Shown here piece by piece: positions 59,171 through 64,000 of a DNA stretch of 64,000 bases. Source of the stretch: Gemmatimonadales bacterium (lineage in GTDB: Bacteria > Gemmatimonadota > Gemmatimonadetes > Gemmatimonadales > GWC2-71-9); assembly GCA_035692845.1 (NCBI GenBank), contig DASSHL010000151.1:30034-94033 (forward strand), in the 5' to 3' direction. Position numbers and translations under genes: made by a program. How positions within the stretch are numbered: the first letter of the stretch is position 1; every line of letters starts with the position of its first letter. Below the pieces are notes generated by a model. The model was not told where the DNA came from. It was given only the letters and a program-made list of their open reading frames with translations, and did no database searches.

Positions 59171-59724
59171 TGGGCCGGCAGGAGCACTTCAACGCTGGGG
59201 CCTACGGCGACTTCGAGCCGACCGAGGACATCAACCTCTCGGACAAGGTCAGCGACCACCCCTTTTACGGCCAGAGTGGGCCGTTTCATGAGCCTGACCA
59301 GCCGACAAGTCCCACCTGCCTGCAGTGCGGCCGCGGCCGGAACGAGCACAAGAGCATCCACCTCCCGCCGACCAGGGAGGGCTACGCCGCCATGCAGCAG
59401 ATGGTCGAGGGGGCCAAGACCCAGCGCCGGCAGGGCAAGGAGAAGGAGGCGCTGGAGAGCGACCAGGAGGGCATGGCGAAGGGCAGCCCCTACGGGACCA
59501 AGCCGCACTTCGTCCGAGGCCGTGGCTACATCGAGAAGGGGCCGAGCAGCAACAAGGAGCTGCGCCAGCATCTGGTCGATGACCACGACCTCTGGGAAGA
59601 GGACGCCGCCGACATCGAGCACCCCGCCCGATCCCACGCCCGCTGGCACGCCCAGAATGAATTCGGCGGCGAGACGCACGATCACACCTTCGTCCATCCC
59701 CATGACCCGCATGCCCGGCCGTGA
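59170..59724 (+). CDS. hypothetical His-rich protein with N-terminal GRQEHFNAGA tag
   Basis: GTG overlapping the terminase stop; CLQCGRGRNEH. Confidence 0.5.
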   Translation: MGRQEHFNAGAYGDFEPTEDINLSDKVSDHPFYGQSGPFHEPDQPTSPTCLQCGRGRNEHKSIHLPPTREGYAAMQQMVEGAKTQRRQGKEKEALESDQEGMAKGSPYGTKPHFVRGRGYIEKGPSSNKELRQHLVDDHDLWEEDAADIEHPARSHARWHAQNEFGGETHDHTFVHPHDPHARP

Positions 59725-60491
59725 ACCCGAACGTCAACGCCGCCCAGTTCTTCCACGGCACGACGGCCAACATCCCGGTCGGTTCGGCTGTCCGGCCGCC
59801 TGGCTCTCCTGAGCAGTCGAACTTCGAGCAGCTCTACGAGGAGAAGGGCCAGGAGTGGCGGTCGCAGCACGTCTTCTCGACGCCGACCGAGGACACGGCC
59901 TGGATGTGGGCCTCGATCGCCGGCAACCGCCAGCTCCACCGGCCTGATGTCCAGTCGCGGCCGCGGGTCTACGAGGTCAAGCCGACAGGCAAGCCGGACG
60001 AGGCCGTGCCGCCGGAGATCCACCAGACCGAGAACGAGATCATCTCCCAGCGGGCGCTGTCGAAGCGGGAGGTCTGGACGCCACCGCCGTCGGCCGCCCG
60101 GCACGTCAGCTCGAACTGGACGCCCGTCGGCAAGGCTGGTCGCGTCGTCGGTATGCAGGGCACCCTGCCGCCGCAGGACTGGCGGGGGAGCTATGCCGAC
60201 CCGGCCGACTCCCCCGAGCGCGCCCAGTTCAAGGAGCGCTCCCGCCCGACCGAGCCGCCGCTGGGTGCTCGTCTGCCGCCCGAGCGCACCCGGATGGCAG
60301 GACAGCGCCGGCTGCTGCCGGCGGCCAGCCGGAAGACGCAGGAGGATCGTCTGGAGCCGATCCTGACCCGCACGCAGGAGTTCCGCCGGAAGTACGAGCT
60401 GAGCGAGCGCACGCAGAACCCGGAGTACATCGAGCAGCACCGCCGCAACGTCCGGTCACGCCGGGCCTTCCGAAAGCCGGGAGAGCTGTAA
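59721..60491 (+). CDS. Arr-like (rifampin-ADP-ribosyltransferase family) ART domain protein with basic C-terminal extension
   Basis: AAQFFHGTTANIPVGSAV...HVFSTPTEDTAWMWASIA...RVYEVKPTGKPDEA parallels M. smegmatis Arr (GPFYHGTKANLAIGDLL...IYFSALMEPAVWGAELA...YIYIVEPTGPFEDDP), from memory. Confidence 0.6.
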   Translation: MNPNVNAAQFFHGTTANIPVGSAVRPPGSPEQSNFEQLYEEKGQEWRSQHVFSTPTEDTAWMWASIAGNRQLHRPDVQSRPRVYEVKPTGKPDEAVPPEIHQTENEIISQRALSKREVWTPPPSAARHVSSNWTPVGKAGRVVGMQGTLPPQDWRGSYADPADSPERAQFKERSRPTEPPLGARLPPERTRMAGQRRLLPAASRKTQEDRLEPILTRTQEFRRKYELSERTQNPEYIEQHRRNVRSRRAFRKPGEL

Positions 60492-61246
60492 TGGACGCCG
60501 GGCGAGCTGACCACTTCGCTCTGGGCCAGGTCGAGAGTCACGACCAGCAGGAGCTGCCCTTCCCCGAGCAGCGGCCCCAGGGCGTCGGCTTCCTGCGTGA
60601 GGGGGCGCGGGCCTACGCCGAGAGCCGGGGCATGACCTACAGCTCCGAGGGCCTCGACCAGATGCAGGCCGACCCGACCTTCCAGCACCGGGTGGCCGAC
60701 TTCTACGAGCGCTCCCAGGGCGCCGAGCACGACCACCGGGTGAAGTCGGCCTACAGCGCTCTGGCCGCCGAGGTCAACCACCAGTACGACTACCTGACGC
60801 GGCCGACCGAGCACGGCGGCATGGGCGTCAACGTCAGCTTCGAGCCAGAGCTGGAGGGCACCAGCATCTACCCGACCCATGAGCATCTGGTCGCCGACAT
60901 CATGCAGAACCGCCAGCTCCGGGTGAACAAGACCGGCTCCAGCGATCTCGACCAGGCAGTGGGCCATCCGTTCCTGGACCCAGACACCAACGACAAATTC
61001 CGAGCGGTGCATGACGCCTTCGGTCACGCTGCCATCGGACGGTCATTCAGCCGTCACGGCGAGGAAGCGGCGTACCATTCCCACGCCCAGATGTTCAGTC
61101 CTGCCGCCCGGCCAGCGCTGGCCGCCGAGACACGTCTTCAGAACTCAACGTTGAATTACGGAAGGACGCCAGGCGTATTTCCCGAGCAGAAGCCGTTAAT
61201 TGCGCCGGCCTGGGCACTACGCAGTCGCATCCCCCGCTCTGGGTAG
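60491..61246 (+). CDS. hypothetical protein with N-terminal GRADHF tag
   Basis: TAATG coupling; conserved-looking RAVHDAFGHAAIG...HGEEAAYHSHAQMF. Confidence 0.5.
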   Translation: MDAGRADHFALGQVESHDQQELPFPEQRPQGVGFLREGARAYAESRGMTYSSEGLDQMQADPTFQHRVADFYERSQGAEHDHRVKSAYSALAAEVNHQYDYLTRPTEHGGMGVNVSFEPELEGTSIYPTHEHLVADIMQNRQLRVNKTGSSDLDQAVGHPFLDPDTNDKFRAVHDAFGHAAIGRSFSRHGEEAAYHSHAQMFSPAARPALAAETRLQNSTLNYGRTPGVFPEQKPLIAPAWALRSRIPRSG

Positions 61247-61278
61247 TATCGGGCGCGGACCAATAGGAGGTATTCCAA

Positions 61279-61680
61279 ATGCCGATCGCCCCGACTCCGG
61301 GTTACCCCGAGAAGCCTACGTACCAGTACGAGCGCAAGATGGGGCCGAACGTGCCCGGCGGCCGTGGCCCGCTGCGCTTCGAGGAAGGTGTCGCTACCGA
61401 CACCGACGTGCCGAACGATTTCCAGCGTGGCATCGGTGACGGGTACATCCCGGCGCCCGGCCGGCCGAACCACAACAACCGTGAGGTGCAGTTCAAGTAC
61501 GCCGAAGAGACGATGGCCGAGCGTGCCCACGTCGGTTCGGCGGCCTGGGTCGAGGCTCCGACCTTCCTGCAGGAATTCGCCCACGGTTCCTTCGCCGACT
61601 ACGCCACCATCGAGTACGAGGAAGTCATCCGCTCGGGCGCCCGCACCATGCGCGTGTCGCCGTCGGTGGTTGACGACTGA
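61279..61680 (+). CDS. hypothetical protein
   Basis: ATG after AGGAGG. Confidence 0.5.
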   Translation: MPIAPTPGYPEKPTYQYERKMGPNVPGGRGPLRFEEGVATDTDVPNDFQRGIGDGYIPAPGRPNHNNREVQFKYAEETMAERAHVGSAAWVEAPTFLQEFAHGSFADYATIEYEEVIRSGARTMRVSPSVVDD

Positions 61681-61685
61681 TCGAG

Positions 61686-61931
61686 ATGGCAAAGCCGAAG
61701 GGCGTGCCTGGGCCGGACTGCGTCTACTGCGGCCGGATGATCGGCATCAACCAGGCGGCCAAGGCCGTCCGGGGCGCCGGCACGTTTGTCGGCTGGCGCC
61801 ATCCCCAGTGCTGGAAGCCGACCAACCTCCAGCACTGGGCGACGAAGTACGCCGAGGCCGAGGAATTCGTGCGCGTGCTGCGCTCGGGGGATAGGAGCAG
61901 CCTTCACCCAGCTCTTCGCTGGGGTCGGTAA
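61686..61931 (+). CDS. hypothetical zinc-ribbon-like protein
   Basis: CVYCG...HPQC. Confidence 0.45.
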   Translation: MAKPKGVPGPDCVYCGRMIGINQAAKAVRGAGTFVGWRHPQCWKPTNLQHWATKYAEAEEFVRVLRSGDRSSLHPALRWGR

Positions 61932-61938
61932 TTAACCG

Positions 61939-63684
61939 ATGGCGATCGATTTTCATAGCGCATCATTCAGAGCCGCCCAGAGTGACCTGACGGTCGCCAT
62001 CTCCCCTCTCGGCCTGGTCGAGCTGGCCGACGAGGAATTCGAGGTCCACGGCCCGAGGCTGAACCGCTACGCCCACAACTGGGCCTGGTACCTCGGCCAT
62101 CACTGGGGCTACCGGCGCGAGGCCGGCGAGCCGCAGCTCACCTTCAACTACTGCCGGGCGCTCTCGGACTTCACGACGAACTTCACCTTCGGCCAGGGCG
62201 TGACGTTCCGCACGCCGGACGAGACGGAGGGGATCATCCCCGCTCGTCTGCGGCGCGTCTGGGAGGTGGACAACGACAAGCAGGCGCTGCTGTGGGAGGT
62301 CGGCCAGCTCGGATCGGTGAGCGGCGATGTCTTCGTGAAAGTGGCCTACGAGGACCCCTGGGCCGACCCCATCGGCCGGCCGCACCCCGGCCGGGTCCGC
62401 ATCATCCCGCTGAACCCGGCGCACTGCTTCCCTGAGTTCCACCCGCACGACCGGTCGCGCATGATCCGGTTCAAGCTGAAGTACCGCTTCTGGGGGACCA
62501 GCGCCGAAGGCACACGGCAGGTGTTCACGTACACCGAGCTGATCACCGAGAGCTTCATCGAGGAGTACGTCAACGACGAGATCATCGACCAGCGGGAGAA
62601 CCCGCTCGGCACGATCCCGATCGTCCACATCCCCAACCTGCCGGTGTCCGGCTCGCCGTGGGGCCTCTCCGACCTCTCCGACATCACCACGCTGAACCGG
62701 GAGTACAACGAGAAGGCCACCGACATCTCCGACATCATCAATTACCACGCCGCTCCGGTGACGGTAATTACGGGGGCCAAGGCCAGCCAGCTCGAAAAGG
62801 GGCCGCGCAAGGTCTGGGGTGGCCTGCCCAAGGACGCCAACGTCTTCAACCTGGAGCTGGGCGCCAACCTGGCCGCCCCGCTCGAATACCTCCACATGCT
62901 GAAGACGACGATGCACGAAATGACGGGTGTCCCCGAGTCGGCGCTCGGCCAGATCATCCCGATCAGCAACACCTCGGGCGTGGCGCTCGCCATTCAGTAC
63001 CAGCCCATGATGCAGCGCTACCAGCTCAAGAAGATCCAGTACGGCAGGGGCTTCGCCAAGGTCAACGAGCTGATCATGCTCACGTTGGCGCTCAAGGAAC
63101 CCGAAGCGCTGATGTGGAACCCGGAAGAGGACGAGGAGCTGAAGGAGGGCCAGTACCCCGTCCTCGACCCGCAGGACCCGATCACCTACCAGACGATGAC
63201 GCACTGGCCGTCGCCGATGCCCATCGACCAGCTCGTCGCCCTCAACGAGATCCAGCTCAAGATGGGCCTCGGCCTGGAGTCCAAGCGGGGCGCCCTGCGC
63301 GACCTCGGCTTCGATTTCCCCGATGAGAAGATGGCCGAGATTTTCCAGGAGCTGATCGATGACGCCGTGGAGCAGGGCGCTCTCGAAATGCTGAAGACGC
63401 AGATCGCGGCGCTCGTCATGCAGTCGACCGGCATGATGCCGGGCAGCATGGCGCCGGGCGAGGAAGAGGGCGGGCCGGGAATCAACTCGGCCGGCGGCGC
63501 CGATGTAACGTCTGCCGGCCAGCCAGGGCCGGCCTCGGAACCTGGCGGCGGCGTGACGGGCCTCCCCTTCGGCGGGCTGCCGGGCGGGATGGATGCACAG
63601 AAGCTCCTGACGGAGCTGGTAACGAAGGCGTACGGCACCAAGCTGGCGCAGCGACGGTCGCCTGAGAACGACACAGGCGACTAA
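61939..63684 (+). CDS. portal protein
   Basis: 581 aa, position downstream of terminase, acidic/Gly-rich C-terminal tail, portal-like composition; assigned by synteny and size, not by a sharp motif. Confidence 0.65.
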   Translation: MAIDFHSASFRAAQSDLTVAISPLGLVELADEEFEVHGPRLNRYAHNWAWYLGHHWGYRREAGEPQLTFNYCRALSDFTTNFTFGQGVTFRTPDETEGIIPARLRRVWEVDNDKQALLWEVGQLGSVSGDVFVKVAYEDPWADPIGRPHPGRVRIIPLNPAHCFPEFHPHDRSRMIRFKLKYRFWGTSAEGTRQVFTYTELITESFIEEYVNDEIIDQRENPLGTIPIVHIPNLPVSGSPWGLSDLSDITTLNREYNEKATDISDIINYHAAPVTVITGAKASQLEKGPRKVWGGLPKDANVFNLELGANLAAPLEYLHMLKTTMHEMTGVPESALGQIIPISNTSGVALAIQYQPMMQRYQLKKIQYGRGFAKVNELIMLTLALKEPEALMWNPEEDEELKEGQYPVLDPQDPITYQTMTHWPSPMPIDQLVALNEIQLKMGLGLESKRGALRDLGFDFPDEKMAEIFQELIDDAVEQGALEMLKTQIAALVMQSTGMMPGSMAPGEEEGGPGINSAGGADVTSAGQPGPASEPGGGVTGLPFGGLPGGMDAQKLLTELVTKAYGTKLAQRRSPENDTGD

Positions 63685-63717
63685 TCGGAGAACACACCCG
63701 TTCCACAAGGAGAGACA

Positions 63718-64000
63718 GTGGCGAAAACCCCGGAAGACCTGCAGGGAAATCAGACTGACCCGCCGGCCGGCGACACGCTGGTCATCGAGGGCGGCATCGA
63801 AAAGCCGGACCCGCCGAAGGCGCCTGAGGGCGATCAGGGCCATACCCAGCAGGGCAGTGGCCGGACCTTCACCACCGACGACATTGAGAAGGCCCGCCGT
63901 GAGGAGAAGGACAAGCTCTACGGCGAGATCGGCAACCTCAAGGAGGAGCTGAAGGCCATCAAGGCCGAGCGCGAGAAGGCCAACAAGCTGGCCGAGGAAG
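63718..64000 (+). CDS. capsid scaffolding protein (3' end outside window)
   Basis: GTG after AAGGAGAG; charged coiled-coil (EKDKLYGEIGNLKEELKAIKAEREKANKLAEE) immediately after portal. Confidence 0.55.
   Translation, partial: MAKTPEDLQGNQTDPPAGDTLVIEGGIEKPDPPKAPEGDQGHTQQGSGRTFTTDDIEKARREEKDKLYGEIGNLKEELKAIKAEREKANKLAEE

Noticed and set aside
1-64000. Prophage or integration signals (integrase, attP, tRNA-3'-end core), CRISPR arrays, rRNA and tmRNA.
   Set aside because: No tyrosine or serine recombinase motifs appear in any credible ORF. There are no regularly spaced direct repeats apart from the structured RNA modules. No rRNA-like or tmRNA-like sequence was recognised. The window does not cover the whole genome, so absence is only local.

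Overview
High-GC (about two-thirds G+C by eye) double-stranded DNA phage segment, most likely from a tailed actinobacteriophage. That guess rests on a WhiB domain, a Tat signal, an amidase carrying DGGVFxFG wall-binding repeats, and dense GTGA/ATGA start-stop coupling. All calls come from reading the ORF translations and the DNA by eye; no homology search was run, so family names are motif-level recognitions.

Layout:
- 1-24.1 kb (+): replication, recombination and nucleotide-metabolism genes. These include the PolA C-terminus, a RecA-like protein, a WhiB-Cas4 fusion, MazG, dNMP kinase, a RuvC-like protein, a SpoVS-like protein, a nucleotidyltransferase, a TGT/DpdA-like protein, a DNA methyltransferase, HNH, dCMP deaminase, a HAD phosphatase, and many small ORFs.
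- Short minus-strand islands at 18.4-19.8, 24.1-25.6 and 26.0-26.6 kb.
- A 660-bp non-coding divergent control region at 26.6-27.2 kb.
- An accessory block bounded by strong hairpins at 28.0-31.2 kb.
- A roughly 1 kb structured-RNA array at 36.7-37.6 kb, directly upstream of a Ro60 (TROVE-vWA) gene.
- A minus-strand cassette headed by a GHKL-ATPase/HExxH protein at 42.3-47.1 kb.
- An SNF2 helicase, a minus-strand lysis cassette (53.9-57.6 kb), then terminase, an Arr-like ADP-ribosyltransferase, portal, and the start of scaffold.

No integrase, CRISPR array, rRNA or bona fide tRNA was found.

The most interesting signal is six tandem Y-RNA-like modules with covarying helices and tRNA-mimic domains next to the phage Ro gene.

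Secondary signals:
- a recurrent N-terminal [S/G]-[R/P]-x-[D/E/Q]-[Q/E/H]-F tag on at least 12 proteins;
- four ParB-fold paralogues and other polyvalent-protein-type enzyme domains encoded as separate genes;
- strong GAATTC over-representation.
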